A program made the translations under genes and the position numbers. DNA of 64,000 nt. It comes from a virus. The notes below the pieces were generated by a model. That model saw only the letters and a list, made by a program, of their open reading frames with translations. It was not told the DNA's origin and ran no database searches. The stretch is taken from IMG/VR virus record IMGVR_UViG_3300037424_001177, positions 64,001 to 128,000 of that record; one strand, written 5' to 3'. Below are positions 9,276-18,898 of this stretch, in pieces. How positions within the stretch are numbered: the stretch's first letter is position 1; the number at the start of each line of letters is the position of its first letter.

Positions 9276-10445
9276 ATGCGTTTAGGAGTTGTTCGTGGCG
9301 ATCTACCGGGGCCTCTTCTCATCGGAGACGTAGAACCCATCTCCCAACATCGAGCACCTGTTGAGCCTCGGGGTCAAGAGCGTTATGTGGGTCGTCCCAC
9401 GGTGGCGGAAGTTGAAGCTGTCTTGGCGCACGCCACGACAGGTGCGGGAGCTACCATTCAAGGATCTGACATTGCCGGATCCTTTCCGTTGACGATTGAC
9501 GGAACCAACGACGACCTGCGGATCCGTACGAGTGCTGCTGCATCGTTCACTGTGCTGCTTGTTCCTCAGGCGGTTTACGCTTCTCTGACAACGCTTCTGG
9601 CGGCTCTCAATACGGTTTTGACTGCCTTGGGTGTCACCGCACGCCAGGGTACAGGAAGCGGTTCCAGAGTCGCTCTGGAAGGCCCACACGGGGTCTCTTC
9701 CTATGTGGAAATCGACTCGGTTGCGAACGGGTCTGTTGCGAACACTCCTCTCGGTCTTGGTGCTGCGGCTCTTGCTCGGACGATGCCTGCTGCTGCGACG
9801 TACATCACGGCTTTGAACCCGGTTGCCGGAGTCCTAGACGTATCGGTTGCAACGATCAGTGGGGTTGGCGCAAGCACCAATTCGTCTGCCTTGTCTTTGG
9901 TACCGACGAGTCGCGGTACGCATGAGAATTTGGCGGACGCGATTGCGCCGCAGTTCATCGAAACCACTGTCGCAGTTGAAAGCTTCATGTCAGGCCATAT
10001 TTTTGGTTATCTGAGTTCATCTTTCAACCCAGATTCCCGTCGTGGTTTGCCCAGTGGTGCAGCTGTATCTGCGGTACAAGACGATGGAGTTTCACTCTTC
10101 ACTGCACCGCTGCCTAACATCACACTCGTGGTTTTGGCTGGGACCGTGACGATTACTGGCGTAGGCCTTGGCTCGTTCGACAGCAAGGAAACTGTCGTTC
10201 AGTTGGTTACCGGACAGACTGTCATCCGGCTTGATCAGGTTCGAATCGAGCAGGCAGGCGGATCTGTTTCGGCGACTTCAATCGTGGTTCCGGCTTCGTT
10301 GGTTTCAGGGCTTACGCTGGCTACGCTAGTTCGTGTTCAAGTTCGAGGCCACGTGTCCTCACAAGTCTCCATCAATTCGCTAGATGTCGTGTTGGGCGAT
10401 ACGATGGCCGCGACGGATTCGGCGCCTACAGTCGACATTCTGTAG
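9276..10445 (+). CDS. Putative virion protein, IPT/Ig-like C-terminus
   Basis: AAGGAG RBS before ATG 9276. C-terminal part resembles 8290..8895 (VTITGVG...VSATSIVV...VRVQVRG). Confidence 0.65.
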   Translation: MRLGVVRGDLPGPLLIGDVEPISQHRAPVEPRGQERYVGRPTVAEVEAVLAHATTGAGATIQGSDIAGSFPLTIDGTNDDLRIRTSAAASFTVLLVPQAVYASLTTLLAALNTVLTALGVTARQGTGSGSRVALEGPHGVSSYVEIDSVANGSVANTPLGLGAAALARTMPAAATYITALNPVAGVLDVSVATISGVGASTNSSALSLVPTSRGTHENLADAIAPQFIETTVAVESFMSGHIFGYLSSSFNPDSRRGLPSGAAVSAVQDDGVSLFTAPLPNITLVVLAGTVTITGVGLGSFDSKETVVQLVTGQTVIRLDQVRIEQAGGSVSATSIVVPASLVSGLTLATLVRVQVRGHVSSQVSINSLDVVLGDTMAATDSAPTVDIL

Positions 10446-10543
10446 GCCTTCACACTCAAAATCAATATCCCGATTCGATCAAAACTCCCGATCCAGAAAC
10501 CCTATCCCTTTATCGTCAATTGACGTTTTAGGTCCAAAACAAG

Positions 10544-10819
10544 ATGGAAAAATCAGAACCCAATAACTCAGCGCAAAAATCAGAACCCAATTCTCCTCAA
10601 TACAAAACTACTGACTTGTATTTCGCGGCTTACTTGTCGGTTGCTGGATGCCAGCTGCTGCGGACGGAGAAAGCGAACAACAAAACGACTTTCGTTCTCG
10701 ACACGAGTCTGGCTAACTTCGATTCTTTGCGAAACGGCTGGTATTCGAGTCAGGGCAAGGTTGCCGCTCTCCCGTACGCAACGACTCTGAAGAACCTTAA
10801 AGCTGCCTGTCACGCCTGA
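10544..10819 (+). CDS. Small conserved phage protein (DUF5659-like)
   Basis: YKTTDLYFAAYL motif. Confidence 0.55.
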   Translation: MEKSEPNNSAQKSEPNSPQYKTTDLYFAAYLSVAGCQLLRTEKANNKTTFVLDTSLANFDSLRNGWYSSQGKVAALPYATTLKNLKAACHA

Positions 10820-10843
10820 TCGATTGAAAGTGGAGAACCTACC

Positions 10844-11230
10844 GTGAACAAGAGTGATTATCTGCGAGTCGCAGTCCTGAACCATGTTCTTCGGGGGATC
10901 CCTTTCACGCCTCCGACGACTTTGTATTTGGCTCTTGCGACAACCACTCCGACAAGCGCTGGTGGTGGATCGGAAGTTACTGCTCCGTCCTACGTGCGGC
11001 AACTCATGACGTTTGCAGTGCCCGTGTTGAACGTGTCGAGCGTCTCAGCTCCAATCATGTTTCCGACTCCTCTTGAGGCTTGGGGTAATCCTGCCGTTGG
11101 TGTCAAAGTGTACGACGCGTTGACGGCTGGCAACATGCTCTACTTTGGGGATCTAGCTACCCCAAAAGACATCGACATTGGCAATGACGTATTTTTTCCG
11201 GCTGGGTTTTTCAGCATTGCCGAGACCTGA
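10844..11230 (+). CDS. Phage tail-associated structural protein
   Basis: LYLALAT...GGSEV...YVRQ...FPT...WG...YDALTAGNMLYFG pattern common to small tail proteins. Confidence 0.75.
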   Translation: MNKSDYLRVAVLNHVLRGIPFTPPTTLYLALATTTPTSAGGGSEVTAPSYVRQLMTFAVPVLNVSSVSAPIMFPTPLEAWGNPAVGVKVYDALTAGNMLYFGDLATPKDIDIGNDVFFPAGFFSIAET

Positions 11231-11241
11231 TCTGAGCCGAG

Positions 11242-11631
11242 ATGGCTGCGACATTTCGCAATCGGTCGGTACAAATCAACCAGGTCGTTTTTGATCAGGT
11301 TGACATCTTCAACTCGGACTTTTTCAATCCAGTCACCGGCCTCTTGCCAGCGAGCATCGGATTCACACTGACAGTCAACAATCAAGCTGTTGGTTGGACT
11401 CTAGTCGATGGTGTCGGCGTTGCAGATGGTTTGATCGTCGCAGGTTCAGTCTACTGGTCTGAGCTGCCTTCCTCAAGCTACGGGATCCGCTTTTTTCCTT
11501 CGTCTCTTGGTCGCTGGGTCCTCGATTTTGCTTTTGCGCCGTCTCCGTCGCAAAAGATCATGTTGGGGTTTGACGTTGTGAATTTGCCGACCTTCGTTGA
11601 ACAAGGTCTCCGTTCCAGTTTCTGTGTGTGA
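11242..11631 (+). CDS. Hypothetical virion protein
   Basis: 129 aa, beta-rich, ends ...SSFCV*. Confidence 0.65.
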   Translation: MAATFRNRSVQINQVVFDQVDIFNSDFFNPVTGLLPASIGFTLTVNNQAVGWTLVDGVGVADGLIVAGSVYWSELPSSSYGIRFFPSSLGRWVLDFAFAPSPSQKIMLGFDVVNLPTFVEQGLRSSFCV

Positions 11632-11640
11632 GGTGTTGTT

Positions 11641-11681
11641 GTTTCAATTTATCCGCCATCTCACAATGAGGCGACGGAAAA
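11641..11681 (-). CRISPR. Solitary CRISPR-repeat-like unit, copy 1
   Basis: Minus strand TTTT-CCGTCGCCTCA-TTG-TGAGATGGCGG-ATAA-ATTGAAAC: hairpin plus canonical 8-nt handle. Homologous to 45180 and 59123. Confidence 0.6.
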
Positions 11682-11684
11682 CTC

Positions 11685-11713
11685 AACTTAGCAGAAGGAA
11701 TCTTGCGTCACAA
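11685..11713 (-). promoter_or_regulatory. Sigma70-type promoter driving repeat unit 1
   Basis: Minus strand TTGTGA (11713-11708), 17 bp, TGc, TAAGTT (11690-11685); same spacing in all three copies. Confidence 0.6.
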
Positions 11714-11751
11714 GCAACTCCTTCTTTCTGTGTCTGAAGAAGAGGAAACCT

Positions 11752-12639
11752 ATGGCACTTTTTGATGTGACTTCGGATGAGCTTGTTGGGGTTCTCGACG
11801 AACCTGCGTTCGATTTGTTGTCGACAGGCACGTCAACGTTCGACCGCCAACCTTCGGAAGATGAGGACGCGTCAACCGATACGTTGTTGGATGACTTGAG
11901 TTACGAGCGTGTTTTTGGCGACGTTGCCTCTTTGGATCCGGATACTACGGTAGGAAGCCTGGAGTATGGCAGATCTTCGGATGATACTGCGTCTCTCGAT
12001 CCTGACGTTCTTGTGTCTGCTTTGGAGTACGGCAGATCTTCGGACGATGTGTTGTCGTTGGATCCAGACCTGATCGCTCTTGCCGCAGAGTACCAATACA
12101 CGTTAGGGGACGCCGCAGTTGTCGTCGACACCGTCACGGCTGGTCTTACACAAGAAAGCACGTCGACAGACAACATGTCGACTACTGACACTGTCTCGGC
12201 TGTGACAGAGCTGGGACGCGTTGTTTCGGATTCCGCGTTGTTGGCGGATTCAGTGGCTTACGCGATCGACGTCGCGTTGACACTTTCAGATGCGGTTACC
12301 GTTGCTGAGTTTTTAGCCGCGGGTCTCATCAAAGACGTCTTTCCTCAAGACTCAGTTGCTGCGTCAGATGAAACAAGTACAGCAGCTGCCTACGATCGGG
12401 ATCCAGTGCTCGACGTGTTCACAACTTCGGACGAGACGTATTCGTGGGTCAACGGGATCTTGTCAGCGACGCTTACAGGCGAAGCTGATTTGACTGCGAT
12501 CCTGGTCAAGCGACGACCGCCCCCGGCATTCACAAATGCTGCCCCTGCGCGAACGCAAGTGATCCCGCGGACGCAACCTGAGACGATTGAGCATTTCGTC
12601 GTCAATCCCGCACCTCCACGTCGACGCGAAGACCGCTGA
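11752..12639 (+). CDS. Acidic Ser/Thr-rich repeat virion protein
   Basis: GAGG RBS; ~20-aa periodic D-x5-D motifs. Confidence 0.7.
   Translation: MALFDVTSDELVGVLDEPAFDLLSTGTSTFDRQPSEDEDASTDTLLDDLSYERVFGDVASLDPDTTVGSLEYGRSSDDTASLDPDVLVSALEYGRSSDDVLSLDPDLIALAAEYQYTLGDAAVVVDTVTAGLTQESTSTDNMSTTDTVSAVTELGRVVSDSALLADSVAYAIDVALTLSDAVTVAEFLAAGLIKDVFPQDSVAASDETSTAAAYDRDPVLDVFTTSDETYSWVNGILSATLTGEADLTAILVKRRPPPAFTNAAPARTQVIPRTQPETIEHFVVNPAPPRRREDR
11929..12069 (+). repeat. Intragenic 63-bp tandem repeat
   Basis: SLDPD at 11929, 11992 and 12055 with LEYGRSSDD repeated. Confidence 0.85.
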
Positions 12640-12684
12640 CGATTGTTCAGCCGGTGTTCTAAAGAGCACGGCAAAGGAGAATAC

Positions 12685-14592
12685 ATGGATACCTCGGATG
12701 TGACCGGCACGGTCACGGCGGACAGGGCTGCCTTGGATGCAGCTATGGCAGAGCGTCAGGCACGTCTGGCTAACTCCCCGGATCTTTGGAACCGTCTTTG
12801 GAAAGACAAGGATCAAGAGGAGTGGCGTAAACAAGCGTTGAGTCAAGTTTACACGAGGATTGAACGCATTCTTCCGTACCATACCCGTGTCGTAGATCTC
12901 GGTGGCGGTACAGGGGTTTTGGGAGCACGTCTTAGAGATACCCGAAAAGCCAGCGTCCTGGTTGTTGATCACAGTACGGAGGCTTTGCAGCAAGCTAAGG
13001 AAAAAGACCTCGAGACAGTGGTCGCGGACTTGAATCAGGAATCTGAAATCCGTCGAGTGCTAACAGGTCGCGCCTTGGTTGGTACCAACGGTGACTTGAT
13101 GCACCAAGAGCCCCCAGCAATAGTGATAGCGACAGAGTTCGTCGAGCACATGAGTGCTGAGACGCGGGCCTTGATCTTCAAGTTGGCGGCTCAAGAGGGA
13201 CGAGCGTTGCTCTCGGTACCGAATGATCGTTTAGGTCCTGATGAAGAACCTCAGCACACCGTGAAATACAATGCCATGAGCTTCAAGCGTGACTTGGCAC
13301 AATACTTCAAAGATGTGCGAATCGAGGTACTCGGCCCGTATTTGTTAGCGGTCTGCGGTTTCCCTAAGCCGTTCACATTGTCTGTGACGATGCCTGTTCG
13401 TGACGAGGCTGAGGACCTCGAAGCAACGCTTGCAAGCTTTCGCGGAGTCGCTGATGAGATGGTGATCGGAATCGATCCGAGAACTGTCGACAACACACGA
13501 GAGATCGCTGAGAAGTACGCAGACGTAGTATTCGATTTGGATCAGCCTTCAGGCCCGCCGAAGATGGGTACAGGTGAGCTGAGCGAGCCAGATCAATCAG
13601 TTTCTGAAGAAGAGAAAATCCAAAAGCAGATCCATTTTGCGTGGGTTCGCAACCAGTGCTTGGATCACTGCACGTCTGACTGGATTTTCATGACGGAAGG
13701 TCATGAAAGATTGATTTCAGGCTTTGAAGCATTGCTTGGGCTTGATCAGCTGCCGAAGGGCGCGAAAGTTGGCGTTGTTTTTCGTACAGGTACAGGTCAA
13801 CGGTGGGTGTTTCCTTGGCTCTGTCGTAACGACCCGAAGATTCGCTACACACGCGGGACACACAACACATTGGACTATCCGCCGGATTATCTGGCGATCA
13901 CACTGCCGCAGGTTCAAACCTTACATGAACGTGCAAAGGATCGTGAGCTGGCGCGACAGAAGCAGCGGAAGGTACAGAACCGCAAGTCGTTGATGGACGA
14001 TTGGGTCACAAATCACAACGAGAACTCGTTACACTATTTGGGTGCTGAGTGGCGAGAGCATGATCCAAAGCGTGCGATTGCACGACTCGAAGAGTTCTTG
14101 TCGTTGCCACCCAAGAACGGACCTCTTCGATATCACACACGACTGGTGCTCGCGAAGCTCTATACTCAAGAGCAGCAGTGGGGGAAGGCCAGAGAGGCGT
14201 TGATCCGCGCCACTGAGGACGACTGGAGTCGTACTGAGCATTGGCTTCGTCTCGGAGATTTGGCTTACATTGCCGAGCGATACGAAGAGGCACTGGCTTT
14301 TTATCTCTACGCTTCGACCACGATAGGCACTCCCCCCTTCACAATCTGGTGGATCGACATGGCTAGCTATACTTGGCTGCCGTGCCAGCGACTGGCCACT
14401 GTTTTTGCCGAATTGGGGAAGCTTGACGAAAGTCTTTATTACGCCCGCAGAGTGTTAGAGCTGCTTCCAGACGATGCCGAATCCGTGGCGTTCGAGGAGG
14501 CGCAAGCCAATATCAAATTGTTGGAGGAAACACTCAATGCAGCCCATCGAAGCAACGGAGACCCTGACGGCCCGCGGGATCTTCACAGTTGA
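12685..14592 (+). CDS. SAM-dependent methyltransferase / GT2 glycosyltransferase / TPR fusion protein
   Basis: VVDLGGGTG (SAM motif I); LSVTMPVRDEAEDL...GVADEMVIG...DNTREIA...FAWVRN (GT2); C-terminal TPR-like helices. AAGGAG RBS before ATG 12685. Confidence 0.85.
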   Translation: MDTSDVTGTVTADRAALDAAMAERQARLANSPDLWNRLWKDKDQEEWRKQALSQVYTRIERILPYHTRVVDLGGGTGVLGARLRDTRKASVLVVDHSTEALQQAKEKDLETVVADLNQESEIRRVLTGRALVGTNGDLMHQEPPAIVIATEFVEHMSAETRALIFKLAAQEGRALLSVPNDRLGPDEEPQHTVKYNAMSFKRDLAQYFKDVRIEVLGPYLLAVCGFPKPFTLSVTMPVRDEAEDLEATLASFRGVADEMVIGIDPRTVDNTREIAEKYADVVFDLDQPSGPPKMGTGELSEPDQSVSEEEKIQKQIHFAWVRNQCLDHCTSDWIFMTEGHERLISGFEALLGLDQLPKGAKVGVVFRTGTGQRWVFPWLCRNDPKIRYTRGTHNTLDYPPDYLAITLPQVQTLHERAKDRELARQKQRKVQNRKSLMDDWVTNHNENSLHYLGAEWREHDPKRAIARLEEFLSLPPKNGPLRYHTRLVLAKLYTQEQQWGKAREALIRATEDDWSRTEHWLRLGDLAYIAERYEEALAFYLYASTTIGTPPFTIWWIDMASYTWLPCQRLATVFAELGKLDESLYYARRVLELLPDDAESVAFEEAQANIKLLEETLNAAHRSNGDPDGPRDLHS

Positions 14593-15025
14593 AGTCATTC
14601 GTTCCGGAAAGCACGGGCCAAAGGTCGTTCAGCGTCGGACCGCGTTGAACTTGGTCGTGAATACTGGCAAGCGCCAAATCTGGCGCCAGGCCACAGGCCT
14701 GAACGCTAACGACTTCGATCAGATGAGGATCGGAACGTCGGGTGTGGCGGCTAACAGCGGTCACACGAACGTGGTTTCGCCGGTGACGGGTACTCTCAAT
14801 ACCGTTGACAGCAAAACCCTTTTGGCGGCCACCAGGACGTTCCAGTGGGTGATCTCGTATGCTTCCGGCGCAGGTACGAAGTCGGCGACCAACATCCGTG
14901 AGGTCGTTGTGCTGAACCAGAACACGAGCCCCGGTGGTTCGGCTTTGTCGCGGTCTACGTTCACGGCAGTGAACAAGACTACCGCGGACAAGCTTAGAAT
15001 CACATATAGAGCACGCGTAACCTGA
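14537..15025 (+). CDS. Phage tail/baseplate-associated protein
   Basis: NLVVNTG...MRIGTSG...IREV...VNKTTADKLRITY pattern; related to 34058..34717. Confidence 0.7.
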   Translation: MQPIEATETLTARGIFTVEVIRSGKHGPKVVQRRTALNLVVNTGKRQIWRQATGLNANDFDQMRIGTSGVAANSGHTNVVSPVTGTLNTVDSKTLLAATRTFQWVISYASGAGTKSATNIREVVVLNQNTSPGGSALSRSTFTAVNKTTADKLRITYRARVT

Positions 15026-15066
15026 TTTTCTTGACCGTTGGTTGAGTTTTTGACATCCTTCGTTGG

Positions 15067-15453
15067 GTGAGCAAGAAGATCAACTTAACAGGTCAGACTT
15101 TCGGATCACTCCAAGTTGTTGGCGAAGCGTCGAATCCATCTGGTGGGGAGGCCAGGTGGATTTGTCGTTGCTTAGCTTGCGAGAAACCAAATCACGTAGT
15201 TAGGGGGACCCTTCTACGTGATGGTAGGGCCAAGTCTTGCGGTTGTCAGATAGGTGGATCTGATGATCTTACGGACCAGCGATTTGGTCGTTGGTCCGTA
15301 TTTCATCGGTGTGCTGCCCCTGCGATAAAAGGCAGGAGGACCCCCCACAGGTCGAAGTGCTTGGTGGTGGTGTCGTTGCACTTGTCCAAACACACACAGG
15401 GCACAGTCCTTACGTCTTGGATAAGGACGTTCGCTCACGTCATGCTCGCTTAG
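15067..15453 (+). pseudogene. Decayed HNH/AP2-type homing endonuclease (N-terminal Cys-rich repeats only)
   Basis: LTGQTFGSLQV...WICRC..C...LRDGRAKSCGC. The second repeat shifts frame near 15360 (WWCRCTC...SLRLG* is in another frame); no nuclease domain. Confidence 0.65.
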
Positions 15454-15644
15454 CTCACGCAAGTCAGCGACGATACGGGTACAAGATCAACCGATGAGGT
15501 GCTGCGTCTGAAGCAAATCACGGGCCTGGCGGAGCTTTTCGTCGACCGAGAGTTCTCTGAGGCCTGGGACTCACCCTAGTTGTTGCGACGCTCAGTATCG
15601 AACAAAGTAGAGCCTTTGTTGAGCTGGTGTAAAGTGAGCCTTCT

Positions 15645-16331
15645 ATGTCGATTTTGTTGACCGGATCCAATTGGGTCAGTTGTGGGGATAATCACGATAC
15701 GACGAACAACATGACGGTCACGGCCTGGATCCGTCGTGACAGCACAGGATCGCGTGACGAGATCATTTCCAAAGAGAGTAGTCTCGGATCAGGATTGGGG
15801 TGGGAATTCAGCGTTCTGGGATCCAACGTCTTAGAGTTCGGTACTTTTAATGGGTCCTATCCCGTCGCTGTGGGAGCTACAACCATCTCGGCTAATACGA
15901 CGTACTTTGTTGTCGGAATCCGAGATGGCACTACGGAACATCGAGTCTACGTGAATGGTGTGGAGGACGGCTCTGGAGGTGTCCCAACTTCGGTTGGGGC
16001 TAACACCTCTAATCTGCTAATCGGGGCTAGTCCGGTTGCCGGTGGTCGTGAATTTGGTGGTTATCTGGAAGACATTCGGCTCTACACCAGGGTTCTGTCA
16101 GACAACGAAATCCAGGCTTTGTCTACGGCTCGTGGTAGCGACCACATCGTCAACGGCCTACAGAGCCGATGGAAGCTCAACCACGGCTCGCCAGGGACTT
16201 CTATGAACGGAATCTCACTTCGCGACGTTGGGATCGCAGGTATCCACGGATCATCTGTAGCGTCACCTACTCATGGAACTTTTGAATTTTTCCTGGTTCG
16301 ACCTCGTGCCCGAAGAGGCCGTGGTGCCTAA
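15645..16331 (+). CDS. LamG/concanavalin A-like domain virion protein
   Basis: TVTAWI...VYVNG...LLIG...FGGYLEDIRLYTRVLSDNEI. Confidence 0.85.
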   Translation: MSILLTGSNWVSCGDNHDTTNNMTVTAWIRRDSTGSRDEIISKESSLGSGLGWEFSVLGSNVLEFGTFNGSYPVAVGATTISANTTYFVVGIRDGTTEHRVYVNGVEDGSGGVPTSVGANTSNLLIGASPVAGGREFGGYLEDIRLYTRVLSDNEIQALSTARGSDHIVNGLQSRWKLNHGSPGTSMNGISLRDVGIAGIHGSSVASPTHGTFEFFLVRPRARRGRGA

Positions 16332-16333
16332 AT

Positions 16334-16579
16334 TCATTCTTCGCTGTCCGTGTAGTGTACTGCCGCGTCACGTCGTTCTTGTTTCTCACCCTCAGCTTGC
16401 GCGATCTCCTCTGAGAAGATGTCTTCAACAAAACTTCGCGGACTCTGTTGCGCTTTGTAAGCTTCTTGACTCATGCGGAAGATTTCGTAAGGATCGTCGG
16501 AATCCCACAAGTCGTCAATGAGTAGTCCGATGTCCTCTAGCGTCGTGAGGCAGGCTTGCTTCCATTCTGTGTAAGTCAT
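16334..16579 (-). CDS. Hypothetical acidic protein
   Basis: Start MTYTEW at 16579, ATGA-coupled to the upstream minus-strand gene. Confidence 0.6.
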   Translation of the reverse strand: MTYTEWKQACLTTLEDIGLLIDDLWDSDDPYEIFRMSQEAYKAQQSPRSFVEDIFSEEIAQAEGEKQERRDAAVHYTDSEE

Positions 16580-16893
16580 GCGTTGAGTTCGGCTGTGGCT
16601 GCGGCGTCCCAATTTTCTGGCGTGTTGTTCTCGAGCCAGAAGGCATCGATCTCTTCCGTTTCATTTCGGTAACTGGCTTGAACGTCGTAGTATGTCCCGT
16701 AATCGTGCTCGTTACCGATAATGACGAGACGACATGTAGGCTCTGCACCATCATGATTGGCTGCGAAATGGCGCTCTAGCTGGGCCTTGAAAGCCTTGAG
16801 TTCTTTCTTGACGAGTTCGTCGTAGCCAGGCTGTCCGAGCTGTGCGCAGTCTTCGCCCCAAGGAGTACAACCGATTGTGATTTTGGAAGCCAT
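16576..16893 (-). CDS. Hypothetical phage protein
   Basis: Start MASKIT at 16893; GCTPWGEDCAQLG...NEHDYGTYYDV. Confidence 0.7.
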   Translation of the reverse strand: MASKITIGCTPWGEDCAQLGQPGYDELVKKELKAFKAQLERHFAANHDGAEPTCRLVIIGNEHDYGTYYDVQASYRNETEEIDAFWLENNTPENWDAAATAELNA

Positions 16894-16900
16894 GTTGGTA

Positions 16901-17935
16901 CTACGAATCAGAAACGTCAGAAATTGAATCGAAGTTGTGGAGCGCGGAGAGCGTTTCGTCCATTTCGGTATGGAGGCAGTGTGGACTGAACCAAATTGTC
17001 TCTTCGTGGCGCGTACGACTGCGGTTCTTTCCGCGTGAGTAGCCGGAAGCCCCCGTCCAACGATGGACACGCCAAGTCGCCGGCATGTGGCCGTCGTGCT
17101 CCGACGCAAGCCCACACAGTGCAATCCTGATGTCTGGGTCGTTGCCGTGCTCGAGAGCCCAAATGCGAACGCTTACTGCGAGGTTTTTGGTGTCCTCGAC
17201 GTAGAGGCCCGGGTCCCGCAACTCGTCGTCGTAGGGTGGATCGAGGAAGATAGCTGTAGGTCGTCTTCCTCCGACGTTCCTGCCCTTCCCGAGCGTCGAA
17301 TCCCCGAGTACCCTGGTCCAGTCGCCGTGAACCAATCGAACTCTCCTGAGGCGTTGTGAGAGCGTCTGAAACCATTCGAGCGCCGGTGGTGCCGTCAGGC
17401 CATTGAGGGCTCGGTCGTTTCCAATTGCCGGGAGGTGCGTTCCAAAGCTGTGCACACCATCTGCGTTCACGCCCCGGTCGCCGTCATGTAGGTGCGGCCT
17501 TTGTTGGTAGACGGTTTTGCACCATCCGCCGCCGATCCATTGGCAGATCCCCCAAACCCACCAGCCTGCGATTTTGGCGTCGTGGTAGTCGGGATCAGAT
17601 CGGAGTTTCTCGCGGAGATCGATCGATTGCTGGATAAGCCATGTGTGGCGCGCGTGGAGATCAAGTTCGGACACGGGGTAGTTGCACCATTCGGCTGTTT
17701 CTTGCGGGTTGTGTTTGATTGACCTCCAGAAATTGCAAATGTAGGAACAACCGTCGTTGACAGTTTCAATCTTTCCGGGCCCACCAGGACGTGCAAGAAG
17801 CACTGCACAAGAACCGCAGAACGGTTCTATGTAGTTCGGTACGTTTTCTCCGAACGCCTTCCAGACAGCTTGAGCGACCCGGCTCTTGCCGCCGAAGTAG
17901 GGGAATGGTGCTTTCAACACAGAAACACAGGACAC
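16901..17935 (-). CDS. DNA N6-adenine methyltransferase (Dam/D12 class)
   Basis: PFPYFGGKS, YIEPFCGS, ND and FLDPPY motifs in D12 order. Confidence 0.9.
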   Translation of the reverse strand: MSCVSVLKAPFPYFGGKSRVAQAVWKAFGENVPNYIEPFCGSCAVLLARPGGPGKIETVNDGCSYICNFWRSIKHNPQETAEWCNYPVSELDLHARHTWLIQQSIDLREKLRSDPDYHDAKIAGWWVWGICQWIGGGWCKTVYQQRPHLHDGDRGVNADGVHSFGTHLPAIGNDRALNGLTAPPALEWFQTLSQRLRRVRLVHGDWTRVLGDSTLGKGRNVGGRRPTAIFLDPPYDDELRDPGLYVEDTKNLAVSVRIWALEHGNDPDIRIALCGLASEHDGHMPATWRVHRWTGASGYSRGKNRSRTRHEETIWFSPHCLHTEMDETLSALHNFDSISDVSDS

Positions 17936-17947
17936 CGGTCCCGTCGG

Positions 17948-18553
17948 CTATCGACGCTTGACAAATCTGACAGGTATTTTGTACTGTGTTTTTTCGTGCC
18001 GCGTGCGATCGCTGGCTGTCATGACGGCGACCGGGGTGTTGTAGTACCCGAGAAACCCAATGATCAAGTTTTGGATCAACGCATCAGGGTCCAGATCCAT
18101 GTCTTGGCCGTTAAGGGTAGAGGCTCTAAGAGCGTGTTTTCCTACTGCTCGAATTGCTTCTTCTAGAGCTTTTCGTCTCGGACTACCGTCGTCTGTACGC
18201 CACGGCATTGGAGGCTCATTGTGGCCTGGTTGTGTGAGCCAGTGGTCTTTCGGGAGAGGGAAGCTCCCCACTGCAAAAGCACTGCCGTTCGGTAGAACCG
18301 TGACGGGATCCAACTGAACTTCGGCCCGATGACGCTCAGCGATGCGTTGAGCTGCTGTCTTAGGTCTGGCTTTCCAGATCTTGAAGAGCCCCATGGTCTT
18401 TGGTTGTTTACGCCCCTTCGGTACGGGCTCGATTGTGACTGTCGGGTTCTGTTTTAAGTCGAGTCCGAAGCTGATGATTTTCGCTAATTTGTTCTTGTAT
18501 TTTCCGAAGTAGACCAAGTCACCGGCTCGGAAATATGTCGCATCGGTAGTCAC
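17948..18553 (-). CDS. Hypothetical protein
   Basis: 201 aa; GKYKNK N-terminal motif. Confidence 0.6.
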   Translation of the reverse strand: MTTDATYFRAGDLVYFGKYKNKLAKIISFGLDLKQNPTVTIEPVPKGRKQPKTMGLFKIWKARPKTAAQRIAERHRAEVQLDPVTVLPNGSAFAVGSFPLPKDHWLTQPGHNEPPMPWRTDDGSPRRKALEEAIRAVGKHALRASTLNGQDMDLDPDALIQNLIIGFLGYYNTPVAVMTASDRTRHEKTQYKIPVRFVKRR

Positions 18554-18583
18554 TATCTAGAGCCCGCACAAAAGAACTTTCGC

Positions 18584-18898
18584 TCAGTTCGAGCCGAAAC
18601 CATCGAGTAGGCTTTGCAAGCGTACGACCAACGACTTTTGATCGTGAAGTTCCATCCCCGTAGTGTGTGTCTTGGCGTTCCCCTGGTTGGGCCGGATTTC
18701 GAATCCGTCGGGGGTCACATCAACGCGTACGTCGATTTGTTTGCAACTCACAACGAAGTACAGAGACGCGATGGTGCTTGGATTTCGAGGCGTGTGTGTG
18801 ACGTAGGCGACGAGTCGGAAGGTCTGCTTGAGGCAGCTCCCTAGAGACCTCATAAGCTCGTGCGCGAGCCGTTGGTGGTTTTGAATGTTGTGGGTCAT
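18584..18898 (-). CDS. Hypothetical protein
   Basis: Minus-strand ORF in the island; start uncertain (ATG 18898 chosen). Confidence 0.45.
   Translation of the reverse strand: MTHNIQNHQRLAHELMRSLGSCLKQTFRLVAYVTHTPRNPSTIASLYFVVSCKQIDVRVDVTPDGFEIRPNQGNAKTHTTGMELHDQKSLVVRLQSLLDGFGSN

Noticed and set aside
10822-10830. ATTGAAAG here and at 25673 as further repeat handles
   Set aside because: No upstream hairpin, GGATAA or promoter homology; both merge into purine-rich RBS regions.
17763-17770. GTTTCAAT here and near 41497 as extra cassette copies
   Set aside because: Inside coding sequences, and similarity stops after 8 nt.
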